This document shows positions 1-15,371 of a stretch of 64,000 nucleotides of DNA, in pieces. Positions within the stretch are counted from its first letter, which is position 1; every line of letters begins with the position of its first letter. The translations under genes and the position numbers were made by a program. The notes beneath the pieces were generated by a model that was given only the letters and a program-made list of their open reading frames with translations, had not been told where the DNA came from and made no database searches. This DNA comes from Macrostomum lignano (taxonomy: Eukaryota): the NCBI GenBank assembly GCA_002269645.1, contig NIVC01002161.1:133989-197988 (forward strand), given 5' to 3'.

Positions 1-700
1 AAGGGTGCCCAGTCTGAGTGACAAGAGTGAATGGATGCCCAGTCTGAGTGACAAGAGTGAAAGGATGCCCAGTCTGAGTGACAAGAGTAAAAGTATACTT
101 AGTCTGAGTGACAAGAGTGAATGGATGCCCAGTCTGAGTGACAAGAGTGAAAGGGTGTCCAGTCTGAGTGACAATAGTGAAAGGGTGCCCAGTCTGAGTG
201 ACAAGAGTAAAAGGGTGCCCAGTCTGAGTGACAAGAGTGAATGGATGCCCAGTCTGAGTGACAAGAGTAAAAGGGTGCCCAGTCTGAGTGACAAGAGTGA
301 ATGGATGCCCAGTCTGAGTGACAAGAGTGAAAGGATGCCCAGTCTGAGTGACAAGAGTAAAAGTATACTTAGTCTGAGTGACAAGAGTGAATGGATGCCC
401 AGTCTGAGTGACAAGAGTGAATGAATGCCTAGTCTGAGTGACAAGAGTGAAAGGGTGTCCAGTCTGAGTGACAAGAGTGAAAGGGTGCCCAGTCTGAGTG
501 ACAAGAGTAAAAGGGTGCCCAGTCTGAGTGACAAGAGTGAATGGATGCCCAGTCTGAGTGACAAGAGTGTATTGGTACCTAGTCTGAGTGACAAGAGTGA
601 ATGGATGCCTAGTCTGAGTGACAAGAGTGAAAGGATGCCCAGTCTGAGTGACAAGAGTGAAAGTATACTTAGTCTGAGTGACAAGAGTGAATGGGTGCCC
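1..700. repeat. 30-bp minisatellite (aagggtgcccagtctgagtgacaagagtga), open at window start
   Basis: Period 30 is directly visible. Confidence 0.98.
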
Positions 701-1105
701 TGTCTGTAGGTTAATTTTCTGACTGGTACCAGTGGTACCTATTGTCATGCTCATAAAACAATAAAACAGTTTTATAGTTTTGCTTGTGGCTGCTAGCAAG
801 ATTAAAGCTCTAGATTCTTGTTCATCTTCTTACTTTTACGTTTCTGTTCTAACAGGAAATTGCAATCTTTTTCCGCTTCAAAGGCAGCCCACCTGATATA
901 AACTGTTGCTAAAATTAGTAACTGAATCGAAGCCTCTCTTCTACGCAACGATGTTCTATTTTTAGAACATGAAACTAAAATCTTAAGCACAGTTTTGATA
1001 TAATACAGTGGGTGAACTCAATTCATGCTTCAGTTGTGAGCCTAAATAAGCCACAGTCTAATTTTCTAGCTTGAGCTCAATTTCAAATCTGAAGAAAGTT
1101 ATTAA

Positions 1106-4146
<3,041 letters not shown>

Positions 4147-4635
4147 GCAGCTTCGCCCTGCTTATTGAGACCATGCTCAAGACTGACTAATTTGCGATTG
4201 AAATCATTCGAGACTTAAATAATAAGCATTATGAAAACGGGCGTTCGAGTGTTCTGTATAATATTTCATATCGATTTTTCTGTGACGTCATTGCTTTAGT
4301 GAAAATTTTAATGGTCAACATAATAATGCCATGAGAATGACAAGAGCTGTTAAATTGTTTTTTTTGTCTCTGGAGTTCAAGCCGATTTTAAGTTTGTTGC
4401 TTGTTTTATTAATGCTATTTCTCTCTATTCATTTGTCATTTGCATTCTCAGCATTATGTAAACGTTTTAGTGATTGCTAAACTCTTTATTTGCTTACCTG
4501 TGTCGCCCTGTACGTTGAAATCTTAATCAAGAAACACGAAATTTAATATTTAAATTAATCTATTTTTATCAATACATTTATTTACATTATTGACAATAAA
4601 ATTGTGATAAAAGCCAAACACAGGCTTGATTTGTT

Positions 4636-5400
4636 TAACTACCAGATAGCTACCAGTTTGTCTACCAGATGGCTACCAGTTTGTCTACCAGTTTGTCTAC
4701 CAGATAGCTACCAGTTTGTCTTCCAGTTTGTCTATCAGATAGCTACCAGTTTGTCTACCAGATAGCTACCAGTTTGTCTACCAGATAGCTACCAGTTTGT
4801 CTACCAGATAGCTACCAGTTTGTCTACCAGATAGCTACCAGTTTGTCTTCCAGATAACTACCAGTTTGTCTACCAGCTAGCTACCAATTGTCTACCAGAT
4901 AGCTACCAGTTTGTCTACCAGCTAGCTACCCATTGTCTACCAGATAGCTACCAGTTTGTCTACCAGCTAGCTACCCATTGTCTACCAGATAGCTACCAGT
5001 TTGTCTACCAGCTAGCTACCCATTGTCTACCAGATAGCTACCAATTGTCTACCAGGTAACTATCAGTTTGTCTACCAGCTAGCTACCAATTGTCTACCAG
5101 ATGGCTACTAGTTTGTCTACCAGATAGCTACCCATTGTCTACCAGATGGCTACTAGTTTGTCACTCAGATAGCTACCAACTACCTGTTATCTACCAGATT
5201 GTTACCAGTTGTCTACCAGCTAGCTACCAATTGTCTACCAGATGGCTACCAGTTTGTCTACCAGATAGCTACCCATTGTCTACCAGATAACTACCAGTTT
5301 GTCTACCAGATAGCTACCAGCTACCTGTTATCTACCAGATTGTTACCAGTTGTCTACCAGATAGCCACTGGTTATCTACCAGATATTTACTAGTTGTCTA
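4636..5400. repeat. About 23-bp minisatellite (ctaccagatagctaccagtttgt)
   Basis: Tandem units with an internal ctaccag sub-repeat. Confidence 0.95.
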
Positions 5401-5915
5401 CGAGAAAACTACTAAGTGCCTATTTTGTCTATCTGTTTCTTCAAACAGCTTCACCAGCTAACCCGTCTTATGGATTGAATTTAAGCGAGAACTTTTACGA
5501 ATTTCACCTGCACTAGACAAAGGAGACAAATTTTCAAGTGTAAACTAAGCATTACTAGAACAGTGATTTACTACCCCACTTTCTGTCAATTGGCCGCAGT
5601 TTTTATAACTTCCAGTAACGGTGCACTAAATCTCATTATAATAATCAGCTCTGATCATCACGCATCCAGTGCCTTCCGTTTGTTATATCTGTGTCTCTGT
5701 TGAGCTACATTTTTAACCAACACTCGCTTCCTGGAGAGCCGCTTTCAATAATTTTTTAACTGTTTTGATTAAATAGTTTTTTTATCGTTCAATAATGCTT
5801 AGTGAATGCTCACAAATGTCTATATACTTACGAGTATTTTATTTACTCAGCTGTTTCAATAGCATCAGAATTCGATCAGTTGAATTCCCCAGCGGGATAA
5901 TCCAGCAATTGAAGG

Positions 5916-5990
5916 CTGGCTTTTTATTGTCTATGGCCTGAAAGGAGGTCTGTGCTGCAGTCCTTTGGGCCATAGACAATAAAAAGCCAG
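5916..5990. other. Perfect 23-bp inverted repeat with 29-nt spacer (hairpin)
   Basis: ctggctttttattgtctatggcc (5916-5938) and its exact reverse complement (5968-5990); the spacer pairs further (aaagga/tccttt). Confidence 0.9.
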
Positions 5991-6938
5991 GCTCGGGGAA
6001 ACGCTATATTGATTTTGAGTTGCAAAATAAAAAAGCTGGCTTATAATTGCAGTAAACTTTTATAAATATGATGACGTCAGTTATGAGACGTTATGCAAAA
6101 CTTATTTTTGAAGAGTTCTCTTCTTACCTGGTATTTGTTTTTCTGGGAGATTGGGTTGGGCGATTTGTTACCATACATAGAAAAGATGAATAAATAAGCT
6201 TAGTGTTCACAAAATGTCTATCTACGAGTATACTATAATTAAGTAAATTGGGTAAGTTCAGTCGTGTGATTCTGTGACTCTTAGCATAAAATGTAGAACT
6301 AATGTACCAGGGAGTAGTCCCCCCTGACATTTTTTCTGCGCCTGAACAGAGCAACAAAAGCACACGAAATTCAAGAACACTGGCTAAATTTTGTTGCGCA
6401 CTTTCTCAAACAAGACTCAGTTCGCCAGACCCTGTGCGCCAATCAGCACTGCGCCTCAGTGCAGCCTTGCCAAGCCTCCAGATTTCATCAGCACGTCAAC
6501 CGTATGTGTCTGCATCAGCTCTGACTTCGATGGTCACTGGCGTTCACCTAGGCGGAGCTTTTGAACATTAAACAGGTGGCACCAGGGGACTATGGACACC
6601 CTTATTGCAGATTACACTAGGCCAGCATCAACTGCTAGGTATCCTTAGCTAGTCTCTCAAGCATTCCATCGTCATCCATGGACGCTGTCGGCTCCTTCAA
6701 TGGGTGACGCCAGGTGATTGTGACGTTGTCAATTTAAGTAGCCCCGTCAAGCGCCGTTTTAGCATACGGTAACCAATCTATAATATTGTTAATTTAATGG
6801 TCTCGTACTCTCACGTCTGCTTAAAGTAGTGCCCAAAGAATTTTAAACAACTTGCGTTATGTTTGTAAAGCCTAAGTACAGTAGGCGATCGATAATTTCT
6901 GTTTTTCTCGCCGGCCAATAGAAAAGCCGCGCATAAAT

Positions 6939-7440
6939 TGTTAGCCCGAAATTAAGTTCTCCGCGGGCACCCACCCCAGCCTGCTCATCAGTCCTGTCTG
7001 GCTGGGGCGCTCGGGGTTAGCCCGCCCTTAGACCCCTTAGACCCTTGCCACCCCGGCACTCCTTGTTTGCTTGCCTTCTCTCTCCGCCTCGCTCCGCCTC
7101 GGTTCTAAACCACGCCTCTGCCAAGTCTCAGTCACGCCACCTCTACTGTCTGTACGAGCTCTCGCTACGAGCACCGCCACCACACGTTCACCGCCATCAC
7201 ATCGTCACCATTGCCTCAGGCTCATTGACTCACTCCATCGTCTACCATCTATCTTATTGTTGCGTAGCCGCCCAGTGCATTTCTTACGGATTCAGCAAGT
7301 ACTCTGACCTATCTCTGTTGACCACCCAGACGGAATTGATAGTAGCAAGCCTAACTATCCTCTCATACGGTCACAATAAATAAAGACTGCGGCCATCGCC
7401 CGCATCTCAGTCGTTACTATCATCAAGTGCTATTGCTACA
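6939..7440 (+). mobile_element. Solo LTR (502 bp) of an LTR retrotransposon
   Basis: Begins TGTTAGC and ends TGCTACA, flanked by a 4-bp direct repeat AAAT (6935-6938 and 7441-7444). AATAAATAAA lies about 60 nt before the 3' end and the body is C/T-rich. Confidence 0.7.
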
Positions 7441-7589
7441 AAATTTGCCTCTGCCGTGTTTGTCTTCTTTAGTCATTTTCGAGTCTGCCGGATAAATCGT
7501 CACAGTGATTTCGTGTGCTTGTGTTGCTCCGTTCCAGTCCGGCTTCACAATAGCTAGTATAGCAGAGTCCCACTTTACTCAGTCTAGAG

Positions 7590-9732
7590 TCAGCCGAAGA
7601 TACAGCCGGTCTCCTGCATCTCCCTGCTACTCGAGGACGGGTTCACCGAGTAGGCCACAATGCAGGCGCAGTCGCGGGTTCGCTCCCTTTTTCTTTGATA
7701 GTGAGTGTAGAAGCAGTCGCCTTGGTAACCGTTGGACCAACCGGTCCAGAACGTCCAACCACACCAGCCCATGAAGCGGGCCTGCTTCTGCCAGGATGCT
7801 GTCGATGGTGCGGGCACCGAGGCTACGAGGCAGCCGCAGGCTCTCGATCTGCTTCGCTCCTGGTTCACGTTGCAGCCTTGTTGAAGCAGTTCAGATGATA
7901 ATATAATCTTTGCGGTTTTTGGGCTATCGCTTGAATTTTTGTTGCAAGAATCTACTAAAAAGGCAGAGAAGTATCATACTGGTCCATTTTTGAAGTGCCC
8001 AGGGATAGGGAGGATATAAAGTTGGGACTTCGTATCAACTTGCATGTGGATGCAGTTGAAATTAAAACCGCCTTGGGGACTACATGTAGCTTTAAAGATC
8101 AGAAGTCGATTTTGCTGGGGTTTATTGTGTGATGCTAGTGGCGGGATGTTTGGGCCTCGTAGTTTTTTAAGCGAACCTGATGCGCGGTACAAGTACGAGT
8201 AGATGGAGAGGGACAGGAACCATGCGACGCGATGTTGTGGACCAGAAAGAGAATGGTGAAGTCGTCTGAGGGGCGATTATGAGGCAGTTTGAACCTAGCG
8301 TATTAGACATCATTAAACACGTGGAAACGAAACTCCGAGGTTTAGACCCCTGTAGAAATTAAATTCCGGGGATCTGTCACTCTGGGGAAATGAAATTCCG
8401 AGGATTCGTCACTTTTCGGAAATGCAACTACGAGGATCCGTCACTCTGTAGAAATGAAACTTCGAGGATCCGTCACTCTGTGGAAATGAAACTTCGAGGA
8501 TCCGTCACTCTGTGGAAATGAAACTTCGAGGATCCGTCACTCTGGGGAAATGCAACTCCGAGGATCCGTCACTCTGTGGAAATGCAACTCCGAGGATCCG
8601 TCACTCTGTGAAATGAAACTCCGAGGATCCGTCACTCTGTGGAAATGAAACTCCGAGGATCCGTCACTCTGTGGAAATGAAACTTCGAGGATCGGTCACT
8701 CTGTGGAAATGAAACTCCGAGGATGCGTCACTCTGGGGAAATGCAACTCCGAGGATCCGTCACTCTGTGGAAATGCAACTCCAAGGATCCGTCACCCCGT
8801 GGACATGAAACCGGAGGATCAGTGTTCAGGCGCAGTGAAATTCTAGGAGCGCAGGTGCTCATTACTGACTCGGTTAGCGTCTGCTCACCCGAGCTCCAGC
8901 CGCTCCAGCCGGACCATTCGCACCAGCCCAGAAACTGCTCATCCAGCTGGTTCTCTCCGCCAGCACCAGGCGAGCTGCCCTCGCAACTGCCGGCAGGCGA
9001 CTGCGGCTGAGAGCATCGGCAGAGACGATTGCGCCGGCGGTGAGCAGCCGGGCAGGCAGCCGACCAGGCGGACCAGAGAGTCCAGGGGCACCAGCCACCG
9101 CTGGCTGTCAGGGAGAATGGTGTTCAGTTTAGGGTAGAGAAATCAGTCAGAGTTGGCCCCCAAATTGACGCCACAAGTATCAGCACGAAGGAGACTATAA
9201 ACGTGGAATTTTTCGCTCTGGAAAACTGCGAATACTACGACTGCAACAAAGCACTTGCACATGCACACTGTGCCTTGGGGGTCGGCCCTCATCAATTTGA
9301 ATTGTACGACAGTCCCCTGTGTCAATTCTCGTGCACAAGCCGAATGCGAGTCCAATTCTACACAGTTACACGTGCAAGACCAAACTGCTCACTTCGGCGG
9401 CGACTTGTGAGCGCCAGCATCTTGCAGCCGGCCGCAGTCAAGGCCGAGTTGGTGTGGTGATCGTCAGCATCGTCGCCATGGTGACCACGCAGCAGCCGGC
9501 ACCGGTTCGGGGGACACCAGGTGACGCCGAAGCAGTCGGTGGCCGTCAACTCGCACTCGGTTGCGCACTCAATTTCGGAACGGGCGGAAATTACAGTGAA
9601 GATTGGCTCCGCTATTGTCGGCTTGCCGTCACTGCTGCCCCAGGCCGCCTGGACCGCGGTGTACAAGTACTGCTGCTCAGCCACCGCCACGGATGCCAGC
9701 AGGACCCACAAAGCAATGGTTGCCGGGTGCAT
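7590..9732 (-). CDS. Secreted protein: signal peptide + PAN/apple-like domain + three TSP1(TSR)-like repeats; exons 9732-9393, 9104-8889, 7876(or 7954)-7590 (about 280 aa)
   Basis: Exon 1 has a hydrophobic leader (MHPATIALWVLLASVAVA) and a PAN-like Cys pattern (ECATECELTATDCFGVTWCPPNRCRLL). A gtgagc donor at 9392 (phase 1) joins the gacag acceptor to give TSGGWCPWTLWSAWSAACPAAHRRRNRLCRC...FLGWCEWSGWSGWSSG. A gtgagc donor at 8888 (phase 1) joins CNVNQERSRSRACGC...FMGWCGWTFWTGWSNG...RKRERTRDCAC...IFG*. All phases are consistent; the exon 3 acceptor is ambiguous. Confidence 0.85.
8365..8815. repeat. 32-bp minisatellite (gaggatccgtcactctgtggaaatgaaacttc) in PAN-TSR intron 2
   Basis: Period 32. 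Confidence 0.95.
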
Positions 9733-10149
9733 TTCGGTTGCTTAGCTGGGTACTCGATCACTCACTGGCAAATTTGCTTTGTTGACAAAATCTCAGCTTG
9801 AAGGTTTTTTATGCATTGCTTTAAATCCCAAAAAGTCTCTGAAGTTTATAATGACTGGCAGTTTCAACTTCCTGTAGAGAGAATCAGGATTACTTAGTTG
9901 GTCGTCAATTTAACGCATTTAGGAGAAAGCTTTTACGCTTTCAGGAAAAGCAACATGCCAATAACAGGAAAGGGTGGCCAGCCACATTAGTTGAACTTCA
10001 TTTTGTCAATCCTGTCAATATCTTTTTACTGCATTAGCTGAGGCGGCCTATATTGTGTGCGATAAACTGTGAATGAACTCACAATTGACAGGCAGCCTGG
10101 AAATCGAATGAATGCATCTTTTTGAGAAGCGATTGGCACTCATATTAGA

Positions 10150-10437
10150 GTGCCACCTGTTAGACAGGATAGTGTTACCTGTCAGACAGGATAGTGTCAC
10201 CTGTCAGACAGGATAGTGTCACGTGTCAGACAGGATAGCGTCACCTGTTATACAGAAGTGTCACCTGTTAGATAGGAGTGTCACCTGTTAGACAGGCGTG
10301 TCATCTGTTATACAGGAGTGTCAGCTGTTAGACAGGAGTGTCACCTGTTAGATAGGAGTGTCACCTGTTAGACAACCGTGTCATCTGTTATACAAGAGTG
10401 TCACCTGTTAGATAGGAGTGTCACCTGTTAGACAGGT
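10150..10437 (+). repeat. 20-22-bp minisatellite, GTCACCTGTTAGA core family
   Basis: Units gtgtcacctgttagacagga. Confidence 0.93.
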
Positions 10438-10544
10438 GCGTCAGCTTCTGGAGTCCAGCTTCAATGGCCAGTAACCAGTCCTTTTATAACTTTCCAGCTA
10501 GTCATTGTTATTATGAGTTACATGAGCTGCTATGCCCAATGGAT

Positions 10545-10765
10545 AGGGGGCCGTAGCCCAGCGGTCTAGCGCAGGCTCTGGTGTGCCAGCGACCCAGGCT
10601 CGATTCCAAGTGCAGTCAGTGTGTGCCTGCGTACGTATCCGCGCGCTTGTCTGCCTGCTCAGGGTAGTCGGCGGAATGGGCAGTAATGCCTCTCGCCGGT
10701 TGTGTGTCTATGTCGCTTAAAGTGCGCCAGGGTGCACACAACCCCCTGCCTCTAATAAAAAAAAA
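10545..10765 (+). mobile_element. Full-length tRNA-derived SINE with poly(A) tail and TSD
   Basis: A box TAGCCCAGCGG (10554-10564), B-box-like GGCTCGATTCC (10597-10607), A-rich tail, and a 13-bp TSD ATGCCCAATGGAT at 10532-10544 and 10765-10777. Confidence 0.9.
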
Positions 10766-12482
10766 TGCCCAATGGATCTTCTATTTTAAAGCTGCAACGC
10801 AATTACACGCAGAAGAGCTCGCTAGAGATGCATCTGCGACCTTCACCCGGCGGGTGCCCAAATTGGCGTTTCTGCGCTTCGTTCCGGCGCCGCTGCTTCC
10901 TCCTCTAAGCCACAAAAGGTGCAAATCGGGGAGCAATCTTCGTAGTGACATTTGTCTCTGGAAAAAACCAAGTCTCTTGCCATGCAGACGGCACATACCT
11001 CACCCATGCGGCCCCCTCGGTCCTTTGAAATTTCACAATAGCATTCCGGCCCGATCAACAAGCCCGACCAGTTGACAAGAAACCTCAAACTACCCCGGTC
11101 CTGGAATTCGCAGCAAAACACGTCATAAAGTGGCTGCGACACCAATTAGTAACAATAGCATCCTCAGCCTGTTTGTTACTCAGCCTGGTAACAAAGTCTG
11201 AGCGATCCTTGCTGAATTCAAAACCCCATTTTATCCTATTACGTATAATCTCCTAAGAGCCAACAAAGTACCTGGAATGGCAAGTCCCAGAGTGATCAGA
11301 GTCATACAGTTTGGTCCGGAGCTTTACTTCCGGCTGTTTTATTTGGTATCCCCCAACTGGGGGAAGGAATCCAGTCTAAGGGACTGCAGCCACGGTCTGA
11401 CATACGTGGAGTGATATTTGCATGAGTGACGGTGAAGAGATGCGACACTGCAAGAGCTGACACGACACTGCTAGCTGATGGTGTCTGTCATTTCATCATA
11501 ACAAGCTGTCCTGGAGAAACAGATTTCCTCTGCAGGTAAAAGCAAATTTTAACGCAGCTTAGTGTCCGGCGCTTGAAAATGGATGAAACATTTGCAGAAT
11601 GGGGTAAGAGTATAGCATATGCCATTTGGCCTTGTTGAGAACTGCCTGTCAGCAACACTTTTCAGTCCCGGAGTTAACAAATATTTAAAGGGCCAGTCAA
11701 CTTAAGCTCATAAAGTGGTAATCCTGGTGTCACTGTGAGCAGAATGACGCATCATTTGTGTGCATAGGTTACTCGGGCTCCACTTTATGAGCTTAACTTG
11801 ACAGGCCCTTTCAATAAAGCAGCAACCACACTCTCAACTCTTTCAAAGCAGACATTGAAAATGAGCGAGCTGGTAACCGCTTTGACTGTAGTGCTCATGT
11901 TTGTCATGAGTCACAAACTCGAACTCTGTCAAGTGTTTGTCACGAGTGTTTGTCAAGCAGCGGCCGGGACTCGATCCGGGCGCGCTGTGTCCATCTGGCT
12001 ACGGCATGCACCTGTGCGGAGTGAAGTACAAGCTGTACTCTGCACCGAGGGCGTTATCGCAAGGCATAGCAATGCCGGACTCTCCGAACTTTCTGAGTCA
12101 TTATGCCACGGATCGAGTCCTGTGCCAGTGCTTGTTTTCCTTTGGCTGAACTCAAGTCCTTTTTGATGCATTAGATTAACTCATTGGTTGAGTTTCAGTT
12201 TTCAGCTGTACTGAGCACGGTACGTGTATCTAAAAATAGCACAAAAATTACTCACTCGAGTCTCAACAAGTAACCGTAGGCTCTTACTCGTGCAACGTAC
12301 AGCAGAAATGGAGAATCTCAGTACGCTTGTGATAATTTTAGCATCAAATAATTATACAGCCAGCTTAAATTATATTTAGAAATTGAAACTTCTGTTGTCT
12401 CTCTATAAATATTCTTAGTCCCCAACCTGAAGTGTATTTCTTGTCTCCTAATCTCACTTGTATGCCACGCAATACAAAAAGC

Positions 12483-14957
12483 ATGTCACAGAAGGAGGTC
12501 ATCAAGTGCGTGGCTGTTGGCGACGGCGCGGTAGGAAAAACCTGCCTGTTAATCTCCTACGCGCAGGGTCGGTTCCCTCCTGGCTACGTGCCAACCGTGT
12601 TTGACACCTATGCGGTCAGCGTGCGGATCGGGGACATGCAGCACACGCTGGGCCTGTTCGACACTGCTGGACAGGTGAGCGCTTTTGAGAATGCAACTCT
12701 ATAACGTATTGTTAGACAGGGCAGTGTTACCTGTTAGACAAGAGTGTCACCTGTTAGACAGGGCAGTGTCACCTGTTAGACAGGGCAGTGTCACCTGTTA
12801 GACAGGATAGTGTCACCTGTTAGACAGGGCAGTGTCACCTGTTAGACAGGGCAGTGTCACCTGTTAGACAGGATAGTGTCACCTGTTAGACAGGATAGTG
12901 TCACCTGTTAGACAGGGCAGTGTCACCTGTTAGACAGGGCAGTGTCACCTGTTAGACAGGATAGTGTCACCTGTTAGACAGGGCAGTGTCACCTGTTAGA
13001 CAGGATATAGTGTCACCTGTTTGTTAGACAGGATAGTGTCACCTGTTAGACAGGATAGTGTCACCTGTTAGACAGGGCAGTGTCACCTGTTAGACAGGGC
13101 AGTGTCACCTGTTAGACAGGATATAGTGTCACCTGTTAGACAGGATAGTGTCACCTGTTAGACAGGGCAGTGTCACCTTTTAGACAGGGCAGTGTCACCT
13201 GTTAGACAGGATAGTGTCACCTGTTTAGACAGGGCAGTGTCACCTGTTAGACAGGGCAGTGTCACCTGTTAGACAGGATATAGTGTCACCTGTTTGTTAG
13301 ACAGGATAGTGTCACCTGTTAGACAGGATAGTGTCACCTGTTAGACAGGGCAGTGTCACCTGTTAGACAGGATATAGTGTCACCTGTTTGTTAGACAGGA
13401 TAGTGTCACCTGTTAGACAGGATAGTGTCACCTGTTAGACAGGGCAGTGTCACCTGTTAGACAGGGCAGTGTCACCTGTTAGACAGGATATAGTGTCACC
13501 TGTTAGACAGGATAGTGTCACCTGTTAGACAGGGCAGTGTCACCTTTTAGACAGGGCAGTGTCACCTGTTAGACAGGATAGTGTCACCTGTTTAGACAGG
13601 GCAGTGTCACCTGTTAGACAGGGCAGTGTCACTTGTTAGACAGGATATAGTGTCACCTGTTAGACAGGATATAGTGTCACCTGTTAGACAGGGCAGTGTC
13701 ACCTGTTAGACAGGATAGTGTCACCTGTTAGACAGGATAGTGTCACCTGTTAGACATGTGTGTCACCTGTTAGACAGGATAGTGTCACCTGTTAGACAAG
13801 ATAGTGTCACCTGTTAGACAGGATAGCGTCACCTGTGAGACATGAGTGTCAGCTGTTAATAAGTAGTCCTTGGGTTGAGTAAGCTACGATGCTTCCCATC
13901 ATATACCCTAACTCATCAACCCCTTGCCACTCCAACCACAGGAGGAATACGAGATGCTCCGGGATCTGTCCTACCCCGGCACAGATGTGTTCCTAGTCTG
14001 CTTCTCCATAGTGAACCCGACATCGCTGGAGAACGCTCGCCAGCTGTGGATCCCGGAGGTGACTCGGGCCTGTCCCAACGCGCCATTCCTACTGGTCGGC
14101 ACGCAGAGCGACCTCCGAGCGGACAGGCGAACTTTGGACTGGCTGGCTCGGTCGCGACAGAAGCCGGTGCCGACGGAGGTCGGGCAGCGGCTGGCCCGCA
14201 GCATGGGAGCCGCAGCCTACGTGGAGTGCAGCGCTCTGACCATGGTGAGGTCCGGGTGAGGGCTCCACAATGGACTGCCAATGAACACCCCATCATAGAG
14301 CTTGGTGTTTACACAGACACAACACAGCTTTGTGTTTACACAGACATCACACAGCTTTGTGTTTACACAGACATCACACAGCTTTGTGTTTACACAGACA
14401 TCACACAGCTTTGTGTTTACACAGACATCACACAGCTTTGTGTTTACATAGACACATCACACAGCTTTGTGTTTACACAGACATCACACAGCTTTGTGTT
14501 TACACAGACATCACACAGCTTTGTGTTTACACAGACATCACACAGCTTTGTGTTTACATAGACACATCACACAGCTTTGTGTTTACATAGACACAACACC
14601 GCTTTGTGTTTACACAGACACAACACCGCTTTGTGTTTACACAGACACAACACCGCTTTGTGTTTACACAGACACAACACCGCTTTGTGTTTACACAGAC
14701 ACAACACCGCTTTGTGTTTACACAGACACAACACCGCTTTGTGTTTACACAGACATCACACAGCTTTGTGTTTACACAGACATCACACAGCTTTGTGTTT
14801 ACACAGACATCACACAGCTTTGTGTTTACACAGACACTAAAACCGTTTTCAGGACAACCTCAAGCAGGTGTTTGACGAGGCCTTACTGGCAGTGTTGGAG
14901 CCGCCAAAGAAGCCAGTCGCAAGCAAGAAACGCGGTAGACGATGTGCGCTGATGTAA
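12483..14957 (+). CDS. Cdc42-like Rho GTPase, divergent paralog B; exons 12483-12674, 13942-14244, 14853-14957 (199 aa)
   Basis: [20 protein letters not shown]...LGLFDTAGQ|[17 protein letters not shown]...GTQSDLR...VECSALTM|[38 protein letters not shown] sites, all phase 0, 600 nt; ends in a polybasic stretch plus CAAX. Confidence 0.95.
12710..13857 (+). repeat. 22-bp minisatellite (gtgtcacctgttagacagg(gc/at)a) filling Cdc42 B intron 1
   Basis: About 50 units. Confidence 0.98.
14303..14836. repeat. 27-bp minisatellite (ctttgtgtttacacagacatcacacag) in Cdc42 B intron 2
   Basis: Period 27. Confidence 0.97.
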
Positions 14958-15371
14958 AAAATGGGACACTTGGAAGTCACTTGAAGGTCAAAGTTCAGTA
15001 AAAATGCAGTAAACTTACCGCTCTCGCTATCTCTGTAACATATTTTTTCTAGTCGCAAAACCTTCAAATTAACTGTGAACCCGAGTGATACGTCCTGATA
15101 CAACAGCAACTTTCAGTGGCCCTTGAGGATATAAGTATAAGCATCCTTTTCAACATTTCGCACCATATTTGACGTTTTAACTGATTTTTTTCCATAGTGT
15201 AATTACATTGGTCACATTTGTTTATGAGTAAAAAAGTATTCAAAAATACACTAGCACCAGTTAACTTTTTTCATACTACTGATCTGTCGAATTAATACCT
15301 TCTGTCAGTTTAATTAAACTTGTCAAATAAGTAAATATTTGGGTCTAAAATAGGTGACTGTTTAAAGCGCC

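Noticed and set aside
5-709. Repetitive ORFs (MPSLSDKSE...)
   Set aside because: They are translations of the 30-bp minisatellite, with no splice or homology support.
10545-10620. tRNA gene
   Set aside because: A and B boxes are present, but no cloverleaf with acceptor stem or T-run terminator is evident; it continues into a body with poly(A) and TSD, so it is a SINE head.
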